Source: an uncultured Clostridia bacterium (GTDB lineage: Bacteria; Bacillota; Clostridia; Oscillospirales; CAG-272). Taken from it: a stretch of 42,982 nt of DNA. The stretch is from assembly GCA_947632285.1 (NCBI GenBank), contig CANROT010000002.1, positions 1 to 42,982 of the forward strand, read 5' to 3'. The first letter of the stretch is position 1; each line of letters begins with the position of its first letter. Position numbers and translations under genes: made by a program. Below, piece after piece: positions 33,596-42,514 of this stretch. The notes under the pieces are model-generated. The model was not told the DNA's origin and did not search any database. It was given only the letters and a program-made list of their open reading frames with translations.

Positions 33596-34087
33596 ATGGT
33601 ATATGTCGGCAAAAAAGGCGCCGGAGAGGAAGTGGACGACATGAGAATACCGCCGAAATACAGCGGAAGCGCGTTCGGCGCGGACGGCGAGCCGCGCCCT
33701 TACGACCCGGACGGGGAGGCTCTCCGCCACGCAGAGGAGCTTTTCAGGCGCGGATATGTATTTGAAGACAGGAAAATCGAGCCCCCGCCGGAGGCAGTAA
33801 ATACAGCAGAGGCGGAGAGAGTGGCTGAAAGCGTCAAGGAGGAACCGGTACATACCGCGGCGCGCGCGGAAAACACGCCGCCGGAATCGGTAAAGAGCAG
33901 CGCGCCCGGGACTGACCGCGGCGCCGCGCCCGCGTCATCTGCGGGCAGGGAGCGGGGCATACTTGCGGAGCTGTTCGGCAGGATCACGACGGACGAGATA
34001 CTCATCGGCGCGATAATACTGATCCTTGCGCTGAACGGCACGGACGACAGCCTGCTCATAATGCTCGTTATCCTTCTATTCTGCTGA
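33596..34087 (+). CDS. Hypothetical protein with a C-terminal hydrophobic anchor
   Basis: ATG 33596 lies 7 nt after gggagg. The protein contains PPKYSGSAFG and ends DEILIGAIILILALNGTDDSLLIMLVILLFC. Confidence 0.6.
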   Translation: MVYVGKKGAGEEVDDMRIPPKYSGSAFGADGEPRPYDPDGEALRHAEELFRRGYVFEDRKIEPPPEAVNTAEAERVAESVKEEPVHTAARAENTPPESVKSSAPGTDRGAAPASSAGRERGILAELFGRITTDEILIGAIILILALNGTDDSLLIMLVILLFC

Positions 34088-35023
34088 GGATATGAGCTCT
34101 GCCGCTGCCTCTGCGGACTCGGCGGCAACAAGCAGCTCAGCCGCCGGCTGCTTGAGCCACTCGGGATAGTAGCCGCTCGCGGGGATCGTCAGCGTGACCG
34201 AGACTTCGCTCTCGGTGATGCTCTTTGAAAGCTCGCAGCCGGACGCGTGCGCGAGGGATCCGGCGAACATGATGTCCGGCGTGTGCGGGCCGAAAAATGT
34301 CTCGTCCCCGTCCGGCAGTCCTTTGCGGCGGGCCGCCGAGACGGTCAGGACAGCGTCGGTGACGGTGTGCGAGGCGCGCACCGTCACGTCCCCTTCCGCA
34401 GCGTAGCCGACGGCGGCGCAGACTGCGGAGAGCATCAGGTGGAACGAATATATGTCCGTGTTCACCGTCGACTCGTCGGTGACCGTTTTGTCAACGGTGA
34501 GGACGAGCCTGTGGCCGATATTGCGCATTCTCGGAAGCGCGGAATCGAAAAATCCGGTCAAAAGCATGATAAATGCGTGCTCGGACACGGCGCGGCTGCG
34601 CAGAAACGCGGAGCCGGACGAGACGAGCGTTTCATAAAGCTCGCGCGTCCGCGCCTCGTTTTTCGGATCGGGATATGTGAGCGCGAATTCGCGCGCCGCC
34701 TCCTCGTAGATTGGCCCGGCGGGGATCGTCTGCGCGTTCGGGTACAGGCGCAAAAGACCGCCGCAGAGCTCCGCCGTGAGCGTGTCGATCGCCTCGCCCG
34801 GAAAGCGGAGGCGCACGACGCGCCGCCCCTCGGCGCGCGCGGCGCGGCATTCGAATTGAAGTGTGGGGAAAATCGAAAAGACATTTTCCCCGGAGATGAG
34901 CGCGGCGCATATTTCGTGCGCCGCGTCGTTTGCGTATATGATATTTCCGTCGCTGTCTGCAACGACGAACGGAGCAGGGGCGCCGGGACCGAACCCGGCG
35001 CCCCTGCCGAATGAAATTGTCAT
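34076..35023 (-). CDS. Hypothetical protein: PAS-like N-terminus plus a C-terminal region reminiscent of a degenerate HATPase fold
   Basis: 315 aa. PFVVADSDGNIIYANDAAHEI is PAS-like. The C-terminal ...CELSKSITESEVSVTLTIP resembles the end of kinase ATPase domains. I see no H-box or G-boxes. Confidence 0.5.
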   Translation of the reverse strand: MTISFGRGAGFGPGAPAPFVVADSDGNIIYANDAAHEICAALISGENVFSIFPTLQFECRAARAEGRRVVRLRFPGEAIDTLTAELCGGLLRLYPNAQTIPAGPIYEEAAREFALTYPDPKNEARTRELYETLVSSGSAFLRSRAVSEHAFIMLLTGFFDSALPRMRNIGHRLVLTVDKTVTDESTVNTDIYSFHLMLSAVCAAVGYAAEGDVTVRASHTVTDAVLTVSAARRKGLPDGDETFFGPHTPDIMFAGSLAHASGCELSKSITESEVSVTLTIPASGYYPEWLKQPAAELLVAAESAEAAAELISSAE

Positions 35024-35061
35024 TTTTAATACCTCTCGTGCCGATGTCTGCCGCCGCTGTC

Positions 35062-36480
35062 CTATTCTGCCGCTGTCCCGGGCTCCGGCTCGGGCTCCGG
35101 ATCAGGCTCCGGTTCGGTTTCGGTGTCCGATCCCGTGTCGGGCTCAGTCGGCGGTTCTGTGTCAGGTTCCGTCGGTGGCTCAGTGGGCGGTTCGGTATCC
35201 GGTTCAGTCGGAGGTTCTGTCGGCGGTTCGGTCGGCGGTTCGGTCGGCGGTTCGGTGTTCGGCGCTGTCGGCGCATCAGTGTCGGGGCCGGGGGCGGGCA
35301 CGCCGCCGGCGTTGCCGGTGTCGTCGGTATCGTCGGTGTCGTCGGTATCGTCCGTGTCGTCGGTGTCGCCGCCGGAGGGCGGGGCAGCCGTGCTTTCGGG
35401 AGACGTCACGACATAATAGCTGTAAACGCCGTTCTTTATGAGCGCGTCGACCGCCTCCGATTCGAGAAAGAGAATGTCGCCGCGAATGACGAACGCGAGG
35501 CTGTAGAGGGAAACGCTGCTCTTTATCGCAGCCGCCTCACGGTCGAGCTCACCGAATATTTTCGACTCGTATTCCGGCGCAGCGTTCGAATTTTCGTCTC
35601 CGTCCGTGCCGTCGGTGCCGTCGCTGCCGTCGCCCTTGCCGGGGGAGGCGTTTGCCGCGGTATACGACCAGTCGAGGCCGCGCGTGTCAACGGCGAGCGC
35701 GCCCGCCTCATCGGCAAGGGCGTCGAGCGTCTGTGACATCGACGCGTCCTTGAACACGTCGAACGGCAGCGCGAGCCTGATCATCATTCCGGGGACAGAC
35801 GCGTGCAGCTTTTCTATGACGGCGAGGGCGGACGTGCCGCCGTCCGTCAGCGGGATTCCCGATATCAGCGCCTCGTCCGCGCCGAGCGAGTACGCCTCGG
35901 CGATGACCGCCGTTTCATAGAGCATCGTCGCCTCGGAGATCACGGGATCCCGGCTCTCGGCGAACGTCATATCGTAAAAAACGGAAATTTTCGGTTCAAG
36001 TCCGTGCGCGGCGGCAGCGGCTTTTATCTCGCCGAGCTTTTCGCCGAGGCTCGGCAGCTCCGTTGTCTCGGGCTGGCGCGACAGCGCCTTTGCCGCATCG
36101 GAGTCATAGAGCAGCGCGCCCTCATTATCCGTCAGCGGAACGGTCACGGCGTCATAGCCCGCGCCGAACAGCGCGTCCGCGCTGCCGGTCGCGATGGAAA
36201 AGCAGCCGGAGCGCATGCTTGTATGCTTCTGCGCCGCGTCCCCGATGGACGGGCCGGACGGCGCCGCCTCACCCGTATCTCCGGTGAACACCGGGGAGCC
36301 GTCGCCCCCGTCGACCTTTCCGCGCAAATAGTTCCCGAGGAGGACGGCGCCGACGATGCAGACGATGACGAATATGACGATGCCGAGCACGGTCAGATTT
36401 TTTTTCAATTTCCGCTTGCCGTGGCGGCGCTTTTTGCCGTAGTGCTTGTACTGTATCGGCGCGTGATACGGTTTGTTCAT
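35062..36480 (-). CDS. N-terminally membrane-anchored extracytoplasmic protein with a low-complexity DTD/TEPP repeat tail
   Basis: 472 aa. A basic N-terminus is followed by the TM helix LTVLGIVIFVIVCIVGAVLLG. The central globular region is unassigned. The C-terminal repeats are DTDDTDDTDDTDDTDDT and TEPPTEPPTEPPTEPPTEPDTEPP... Confidence 0.7.
   Translation of the reverse strand: MNKPYHAPIQYKHYGKKRRHGKRKLKKNLTVLGIVIFVIVCIVGAVLLGNYLRGKVDGGDGSPVFTGDTGEAAPSGPSIGDAAQKHTSMRSGCFSIATGSADALFGAGYDAVTVPLTDNEGALLYDSDAAKALSRQPETTELPSLGEKLGEIKAAAAAHGLEPKISVFYDMTFAESRDPVISEATMLYETAVIAEAYSLGADEALISGIPLTDGGTSALAVIEKLHASVPGMMIRLALPFDVFKDASMSQTLDALADEAGALAVDTRGLDWSYTAANASPGKGDGSDGTDGTDGDENSNAAPEYESKIFGELDREAAAIKSSVSLYSLAFVIRGDILFLESEAVDALIKNGVYSYYVVTSPESTAAPPSGGDTDDTDDTDDTDDTDDTGNAGGVPAPGPDTDAPTAPNTEPPTEPPTEPPTEPPTEPDTEPPTEPPTEPDTEPPTEPDTGSDTETEPEPDPEPEPEPGTAAE
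35080..35372. repeat. Short-period tandem repeats (12-nt ggttcggtcggc-type and 9-nt gtcgtcggt-type) within the coding sequence
   Basis: Read directly from the sequence. They encode the TEPP and DTD repeats on the minus strand. Confidence 0.85.
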
Positions 36481-36525
36481 CGCGTCCTCCTTTCCGTTAA
36501 AAGATTACTCGATACCCGGGACGTG

Positions 36526-37545
36526 TCAGTTCTCGTAGAAGAAATCTTCGAGCGAGAGCGTGTACCAGAGATCGGTCACGGTGATCTTCATTTCTTCCGC
36601 CCTTTTGTTCACGGCGTCGCGGAACTGACCTGCCGCGTATGCGTCCGCAAGAGAGGAAATATTGTTGTTGACGTATTCTTCATCGGGCTCAAGGCGGAGG
36701 ATTATGTGGTACCCGAGAGGCGACTCGACGATGCCGGACATCTGCCCGATGCCGAGCGCGAACGCCGCCTCCTCAAATTCTTCTATCAGCTCACCGCGGA
36801 CGAAATAATACCCGCCGGGGTTCGTTATCATCTCGGGGTCCTCGCCGTAGTCGGCGACGAGCTTGTCAAAATCCGAGCCGAGCTGCGCGAGCGAGAGGAC
36901 GTTTTCCGCTTCGAGGCGGTTTTCTTTCTCGTCTTCGCCCTCGTCGTTCATGATGAGCACCTGCTTGGCGCGGCAGAATTCTCCGTTCTTTATCGCGGCG
37001 CGCACCGTTTCTTCGTCCTGCTTGATCTCGCCGCTCTCCTTCAGCTGCGCGAAAAGGCGCTCCTCCACTTCGAGCTCGGAGACGGCGAAGCGGTAGACGG
37101 CGTGCGTCATGTGCGCGGTCGACAGCGCCTCGATATATCCGTCAAGCCCGCCGAAATCGTTCTCAACGGAGGAATTTATCGTGTTCATGACTTCCTTCTG
37201 GACCGCTCCGCTGCGGTAGTCGATGCCGTAATCGAGCGCGAGCGAGAAGGTCGCATAGCAGCGCAGGAGCGCGTCGCGCACGAGCCCGTTGATCTCGGTG
37301 AAGGCCGCGGCCTTGTCGTGCTTTTTCCAGTATGTGTCGACGCCGTCGTCATACGTCGCTTTGAAATTCATAAAGAAGTAGCGGTACTGCTCAAACGGGA
37401 CCTCGTAGTCGCCGATTTTGAGGACGATCTCGGTGTCCTCCTTTGTGCTCTCGGGGAAATCGTATTTGTCCCCGCAGGAATAGAGCGGCAGGAGCAGCGC
37501 CGCCGCGAGCGCAAACAGTATTGCGCGTTTCAAAGTCTTTTTCAT
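36526..37545 (-). CDS. Parvulin-type peptidyl-prolyl isomerase lipoprotein (PrsA-like foldase)
   Basis: 339 aa with lipobox LPLYSCGD. The PpiC domain reads CRAKQVLI...GGYYFVRGELIEEFEEAAFAL..GQMSGIVESPLGYHIILRLE. Confidence 0.85.
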   Translation of the reverse strand: MKKTLKRAILFALAAALLLPLYSCGDKYDFPESTKEDTEIVLKIGDYEVPFEQYRYFFMNFKATYDDGVDTYWKKHDKAAAFTEINGLVRDALLRCYATFSLALDYGIDYRSGAVQKEVMNTINSSVENDFGGLDGYIEALSTAHMTHAVYRFAVSELEVEERLFAQLKESGEIKQDEETVRAAIKNGEFCRAKQVLIMNDEGEDEKENRLEAENVLSLAQLGSDFDKLVADYGEDPEMITNPGGYYFVRGELIEEFEEAAFALGIGQMSGIVESPLGYHIILRLEPDEEYVNNNISSLADAYAAGQFRDAVNKRAEEMKITVTDLWYTLSLEDFFYEN

Positions 37546-37588
37546 TTATATTCATGGCTCCTTGTATCTGACGTGATAATCACCTAAT

Positions 37589-37618
37589 ATTATATAACGA
37601 ACGGGCACGTAAAGTCAA
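37589..37618 (-). promoter_or_regulatory. Putative promoter of the PrsA-like gene
   Basis: The minus strand reads TTGACT (37618-37613), an 18-nt spacer, then TATAAT (37594-37589). Confidence 0.45.
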
Positions 37619-37686
37619 CCGCTTTTCGCGGCGAAAAATGCGGGGGCGGCGCAAAACGGCGAAAAAAAGAATTTTCGCCCGCGTAC

Positions 37687-37715
37687 TTGAAAAGCGCACG
37701 CGCGTATGGTACAAT
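37687..37715 (+). promoter_or_regulatory. Putative sigma-A promoter of hprK
   Basis: TTGAAA (37687-37692), a 17-nt spacer, then TACAAT (37710-37715). Confidence 0.55.
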
Positions 37716-37754
37716 GCGGTTGTAGCACATAAACGAATGCGGAGGGCCGGCATT

Positions 37755-38702
37755 ATGGGACTTAATAAACCGACGGTCGAACTCGGAAAAATAGTAGATG
37801 AATTTTCGCTTGAACCTGTATTTATGCCCGAGGACGGGCGCGAGCGCGAGATAACGATAGCGGAGGTGAACCGCCCGGGCCTTGCGTTTGCCGGATATTT
37901 CAACAGATTTGAGCCTGCGCGCATACAGCTCGTCGGGATCGTCGAGCACGCTTATCTCGAGTCGATGGACCCGGACAAGCGCAAGCTCATGCTCGCGGAT
38001 TACTTCTCGAAGCGCCCGGTCGCCGTCATAATCACGAGCGGCAACAAGCCGTCCGAGGAGATGACGGAGATGGCGGAATATTACGAGGTCCCGCTGCTCC
38101 TGACAAAACAGCTCACAAGCGAGTTCCTCGCGGCGCTGATAGCGTCCCTGAACCTGCACCTCGCCCCGCGCATAACGATACACGGCGTGCTCGTCGAGGT
38201 CTACGGCGAGGGCGTCCTCATTCTCGGCGACAGCGGGATAGGCAAGAGCGAGACGGCGATAGAGCTCGTCAAGCGCGGGCACCGCTTCATAGCGGACGAC
38301 GCGGTCGAGATCAAGCGCGTTTCGGCGGTGTCGCTCGTCGGGACCTCGCCCGAGCTCATACAGTATTACATAGAGCTGCGCGGCATCGGCATCATCGACG
38401 TGCGCCGCATCTTCGGTATGGGCTCCGTCAAGGAGACGGAGAGGGTCAACATGATAATCAAGCTTGAAACGTGGGAGAAGGGCAAGACTTACGACCGTTT
38501 CGGGCTTGAAACGGAGTATACGAACATTCTCGGCATCGACGTGCCGACGACGACGATCCCGGTCCGCCCGGGGCGCAACCTTGCCGTCGTCATAGAGATC
38601 GCCGCGATGAACAACCGCCAGAAGAAGATGGGCTACAATACGGCCGAAGAGTTCAACAAGAAGCTCATGGAGGTGTACGGCGGGATCTCGCCGACCGTCT
38701 GA
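37755..38702 (+). CDS. hprK: HPr kinase/phosphorylase
   Basis: Start at MGLNKPTV, with RBS ggaggg at 37741-37746. Motifs HGVLVEVYGEGVLILGDSGIGKSETAIEL and ELRGIGIIDV. The track start at 37638 spans the promoter. Confidence 0.93.
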   Translation: MGLNKPTVELGKIVDEFSLEPVFMPEDGREREITIAEVNRPGLAFAGYFNRFEPARIQLVGIVEHAYLESMDPDKRKLMLADYFSKRPVAVIITSGNKPSEEMTEMAEYYEVPLLLTKQLTSEFLAALIASLNLHLAPRITIHGVLVEVYGEGVLILGDSGIGKSETAIELVKRGHRFIADDAVEIKRVSAVSLVGTSPELIQYYIELRGIGIIDVRRIFGMGSVKETERVNMIIKLETWEKGKTYDRFGLETEYTNILGIDVPTTTIPVRPGRNLAVVIEIAAMNNRQKKMGYNTAEEFNKKLMEVYGGISPTV

Positions 38703-38747
38703 CAATATCCGCTTTCCCGGCGGTTTATATAAATAAAATTTAAAAAA

Positions 38748-38847
38748 GCACAGAGTAGGCGTGCGCGCGTAAAGTGTCCCGGGGACGGGGAGTTGCCCCG
38801 GGGACGAAGAGAAATCGCGGTGCGTATGCCGCATCCCGCTGATGCAC
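38748..38847 (+). promoter_or_regulatory. THF (tetrahydrofolate) riboswitch, class I
   Basis: gcaCAGAGUAGgcgugcGCGCGUAAAGUGucccggggACGGGGAGUugccccggggACGAAGagaaauCGCGGUGcguaugccGCAUCCCGCUGaugc aligns block by block with the Eubacterium siraeum THF aptamer as I recall it (AGAGUAG, GCGUUAAGUG, GGGAUGU, ACGAAG, GCGCGGUG, GCAUCCGCU). It lies upstream of folT-folC. Confidence 0.85.
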
Positions 38848-38858
38848 AAGGGAAGACT

Positions 38859-38894
38859 GTTCCTCCCGACTGCGATCTCGGCGGAAAAGGAGGA
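38859..38894 (+). promoter_or_regulatory. Candidate expression platform: anti-SD (ttcctcc) complementary to the folT SD (ggaggaa)
   Basis: gttcctccc at 38859-38867 is complementary to the SD core ggaggaa within aaggaggaa at 38887-38895. ATG is at 38903. Confidence 0.5.
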
Positions 38895-38902
38895 AAAAGT
38901 CT

Positions 38903-39469
38903 ATGGAAAGACAAACAAGAACACAAGCAAAAAGCAAGAGCCGCACGGCGGCGAAGAAGATCACCGCGCTCGCGATGATGACCGCGGTGAGCGTAGTTCT
39001 CGGCATCATCTGCAAGAATCTCTTCACCGTCGCCGTCGTTTACAGGTTCACGCTCGAAAATCTCGGCGTCATAATGGCGGGGATCTTCGTGGGGCCCGTG
39101 TCCGGCGCCGCGGTCGGCGCCGCGGTCGACATCATAAGCTGCCTTTTGTCGACGAATCCCGCCGTCAACCCGGTCCTGACCGTGGGGGCGGCGTGCGTCG
39201 GGGCAACGGCGGGGTTCGTTTTCCGCGCGCTGCGCCCGCGTATTCCGGGGAGGGGCAGCTATTTTATTGCGGCGGCGTCGGCGCACCTCGTGGGGCAGAT
39301 CATAATAAAGCAGATCGCGAAGATGATAATGTTCGGCATGCCGTGGTTCGGCGTGTTTATCGCGGCGGGCTTTTCCGCCGTTGCCGTCGTCATCGAGGGC
39401 TCTGTCATAACGGCGCTTGCGAAAAATAAACAGATAATGAGGTTTTTGGGACAAGATCATGAATTATGA
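38903..39469 (+). CDS. folT: ECF transporter S component, folate family
   Basis: 188 aa polytopic protein. ITALAMMTAVSVVLG...FTLENLGVIMAGIFVGPVSGA is typical of ECF S units. Its context between the THF riboswitch and folC supports folate specificity. Confidence 0.8.
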   Translation: MERQTRTQAKSKSRTAAKKITALAMMTAVSVVLGIICKNLFTVAVVYRFTLENLGVIMAGIFVGPVSGAAVGAAVDIISCLLSTNPAVNPVLTVGAACVGATAGFVFRALRPRIPGRGSYFIAAASAHLVGQIIIKQIAKMIMFGMPWFGVFIAAGFSAVAVVIEGSVITALAKNKQIMRFLGQDHEL

Positions 39470-40736
39470 TGACGCCTTGTCATATATACATTCCGTCTCG
39501 TGGCGCGGGAGCCGCCCGGGACTTTCAAGGATAGAGGAGCTCTGCCGCCGCCTCGGCGACCCGCAGGACAAGCTCCGGTTCATTCACGTCGCGGGCACGA
39601 ACGGGAAGGGCTCGTTCTGCGCGATGCTCGAATCCGTGCTGCGGCACGCGGGATATAAAACGGGACTTTTCACCTCCCCGTTCGTGCTCTCGTTTTGCGA
39701 GCGGATACGCGTTATGGGCGAGGATATAGGCGAGGACGAGCTCGCCGACGTCACGGAGGCGGTAAAGCTCTGTGCCGACGGAATGGCGGACCCGCCGACC
39801 GAATTTGAGCTGATCACGGCGATAGCGTTTGAATATTTCAGACGGCGCGGGTGCGAGATCGTCGTGCTCGAGGTCGGAATGGGCGGCAGGCTCGATTCGA
39901 CGAATATCATAAAGACGCCGGTGCTCTCGGTCATAACGGAAATATCGCTCGACCACACGGCGATCCTCGGCGACACGGTGGAGAAGATCGCCGCCGAAAA
40001 GGCGGGAATAATAAAAAAAGGCGTCCCCGTGCTGTTCACGGGGACGTGCGCGGGCGCGCGCGGCGTCGTCAGATCTGCGGCGGACGCGCTCGGCTCGCGC
40101 TGTTTTGAGCCGGAATACGGCGCGCTCTCGGTCATATCCTCATCAGTTGAGGGGAACCGCTTTACATATAAGGGCGCCGAATACGAAACGCGCCTTGCGG
40201 GCATATATCAGCCGCAGAACGCCGCGTCTGTCGTCGAGGCGGCACATATACTCGCCGGGCTCGGATATAACATAACGGACGGGGACGTCCGGGCGGGGCT
40301 GCTCTTTACCGTATGGCACGCGCGATTTGAGCTTTTGCGCCGCGACCCCGTCACGATCTATGACGGCGGCCACAACCCGCAGGGGGTGGAGGCGTCGTTC
40401 CGGAGCATCAACGCATATTTTCCCGGCGTCCGCGTGACGGCGGTGTCCGGGGCGATGGCGGACAAGGATTACCGCAAAACGATAGAGACGGCGTCGCACA
40501 CGGTCGGAAGGGTATATACCGTGCGCCCCGACAATCCGCGCGCGCTGTCGGCGGAGGATTACGCCCGCGCGTTCCGCGAGGCGGGCGTTGAGGCATACGC
40601 GTGCGGCAGCGTCGCCGAAGGGATCGGCAGAGCCGCAAGAGATGCGAGGGAGAACAAGCGGCCGCTCTTTATATACGGTTCGCTTTATATGTACGCCGAC
40701 GCGGCGGAGGCCGTCTCGGCGCTTGGAGGAATATGA
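39459..40736 (+). CDS. folC: Folylpolyglutamate synthase / dihydrofolate synthase
   Basis: 425 aa with HVAGTNGKGS, EVGMGGRLDSTN and DGGHNPQG. Confidence 0.93.
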   Translation: MNYDDALSYIHSVSWRGSRPGLSRIEELCRRLGDPQDKLRFIHVAGTNGKGSFCAMLESVLRHAGYKTGLFTSPFVLSFCERIRVMGEDIGEDELADVTEAVKLCADGMADPPTEFELITAIAFEYFRRRGCEIVVLEVGMGGRLDSTNIIKTPVLSVITEISLDHTAILGDTVEKIAAEKAGIIKKGVPVLFTGTCAGARGVVRSAADALGSRCFEPEYGALSVISSSVEGNRFTYKGAEYETRLAGIYQPQNAASVVEAAHILAGLGYNITDGDVRAGLLFTVWHARFELLRRDPVTIYDGGHNPQGVEASFRSINAYFPGVRVTAVSGAMADKDYRKTIETASHTVGRVYTVRPDNPRALSAEDYARAFREAGVEAYACGSVAEGIGRAARDARENKRPLFIYGSLYMYADAAEAVSALGGI

Positions 40737-41420
40737 GTGAAAAAGAGGTATAGGCATATACTTTTGGCGCCGCTCCTGCTTGCCGCCGTCCTTTCGCTCG
40801 CCTCCTGCTCGGGGGGAGAGCTGTACAGCAGCATCATGTCCTCGTTCGGCTTTGATATGAACGATTATGAGGCGGAGGCGGTCGTTCGCGTCGTCGCCCC
40901 GGAGGACGAGGGGTATTCCGACATCGAAAAGATGATCGGCATATTAACGCTCGACAGCGCGCGCATCGCGCCGTTCGAGAACCCGAGGGACGCGGCGTCC
41001 GGCAATCGGGACGCGATACTGAATTATATGCTGAATACGAGCTATTCCGCATACAGCGGAAACTCGGAGCTGCTCGCCGAGGCGTCGCGCGAGTACCCGC
41101 AGTACAATATCACGACGCTGATACCCGAGGCGGACCTCGAATCGACCGTTTACCGCTGGTTCGGCGGCAGCTCGAGCGTCAAGCACGAGAGCTCGGCGCG
41201 CTACCCGTATCTGTCGCGCGTCAGCGCGTATACGGCGACGGGACAGCCGATGCAGGTGACGGTCACCGTCGACATAAAAAACTGCGTCGAGACGGAGCAC
41301 ACGTACAGAGTCTCGTTTTCTCTCACCGATGAAAAGGGAGAGACGGGATCGTACACGGCGATGATAATGAAGCGCGAGGACGAAACGATGTATATGAAAT
41401 ATCTGCGCGCGGAGGAATAG
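40737..41420 (+). CDS. Hypothetical lipoprotein
   Basis: 227 aa, GTG start abutting the folC stop. The signal peptide carries the lipobox LSLASCSG. Confidence 0.7.
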   Translation: MKKRYRHILLAPLLLAAVLSLASCSGGELYSSIMSSFGFDMNDYEAEAVVRVVAPEDEGYSDIEKMIGILTLDSARIAPFENPRDAASGNRDAILNYMLNTSYSAYSGNSELLAEASREYPQYNITTLIPEADLESTVYRWFGGSSSVKHESSARYPYLSRVSAYTATGQPMQVTVTVDIKNCVETEHTYRVSFSLTDEKGETGSYTAMIMKREDETMYMKYLRAEE

Positions 41421-41425
41421 GGCGT

Positions 41426-42514
41426 ATGGAGGCTGTATCAAAGGAACGCAATTACGGCGTTGACCTCTTCCGCATCGTGTCCATGCTGATGGTCGTGACA
41501 CTGCACGTCCTCAACCGGGGCGGCGCGCTCGGCGCCGCCGCGAAGGGGAGCGCCGAATGGTACGCGGGCTGGGTGCTCGAGGTCATATGCTACGGCGCCG
41601 TCGACTGTTACGCGCTCATCAGCGGTTACGTATGCTACGGCAGGCGCCATAAATATTCGCGCGCGCTGTACGTATGGGCGCAGGTGTTTTTCTACACGGC
41701 GCTCGCGGGCGCGTTTTTCCTCGGCACCGGCAGGTGGGAGGTGACGGAGGAGGCGGTCGCGTATTCGTTCTCGCCGATATTTCACAATCACTACTGGTAC
41801 ATAACGTCGTATATCGGCATGACGTTCTTTATCCCGTTCATGAACCGCGCCGCGGAAACGGTCAGCGGGCGGGACGCCGCGATCTTCACGGGAGCGTCCG
41901 TCGTGCTGTTCATGGTCGTGCCGCGATTCGTCGGCACATCGGTGTTCACGCTTTCGGGCGGGTACAGCATGATATGGCTGATCATTCTCTACATGATCGG
42001 CGCGTTTATCCGCCGATTCCGCATAGGTGAGGGCGTGCCGCGCCGGGTGATACTGCTCTTCTGCCTCTGCTCCTGGGCGGTCACATGGGTGACGCGCACA
42101 TATTGGGGGATAGAGGACCTCGTCAGCTACATATCGCCGACGATATTTGCCGCCTCCGCCGGGCTCCTGATCCTGTTCTCGCGCCTGCGGATAAAGAACC
42201 GCGTCTCGGTGTGGCTCATAAAGACGTTTTCTCCGGCGACGCTCGGAGTCTATATCATACACGTCAACTATTTCATCTGGCGGCTGTATATGCTGAATTT
42301 TGCCGTCACGTTCGCGGACGGCGGGCTTTTGCGGTATCTCGGGCTCACGCTCGGCTCGGCGCTGGCGATATATGCCGCGCTTTCCGTCGTCGATGTATGC
42401 CGCATAAAGCTCTTTGAGCTTTGCCGCGTGCCGCGTGCGCTCGCGGCGCTCGACAGATGGCTCGACCGGCTCGGAAACAGAGAGGTGCAGGATACTAATC
42501 AAACAGGCTCCTGA
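41426..42514 (+). CDS. Acyltransferase family 3 (membrane O-acyltransferase)
   Basis: 362 aa with about 10 TM segments. The N-terminus NYGVDLFRIVSMLMVVTLHVLNRGG is characteristic of acyltransferase_3. Confidence 0.85.
   Translation: MEAVSKERNYGVDLFRIVSMLMVVTLHVLNRGGALGAAAKGSAEWYAGWVLEVICYGAVDCYALISGYVCYGRRHKYSRALYVWAQVFFYTALAGAFFLGTGRWEVTEEAVAYSFSPIFHNHYWYITSYIGMTFFIPFMNRAAETVSGRDAAIFTGASVVLFMVVPRFVGTSVFTLSGGYSMIWLIILYMIGAFIRRFRIGEGVPRRVILLFCLCSWAVTWVTRTYWGIEDLVSYISPTIFAASAGLLILFSRLRIKNRVSVWLIKTFSPATLGVYIIHVNYFIWRLYMLNFAVTFADGGLLRYLGLTLGSALAIYAALSVVDVCRIKLFELCRVPRALAALDRWLDRLGNREVQDTNQTGS

Noticed and set aside
35080-35372. Possible CRISPR-like or minisatellite array
   Set aside because: The repeat units are 9-12 nt and contiguous with no spacers. 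They are in frame within a long ORF and encode the TEPP/DTD low-complexity tail.
37638-37754. Upstream extension of hprK (MRGRRKTAKKRIF...)
   Set aside because: It covers the predicted promoter (37687-37715). The HprK homology and the RBS ggaggg point to ATG 37755.
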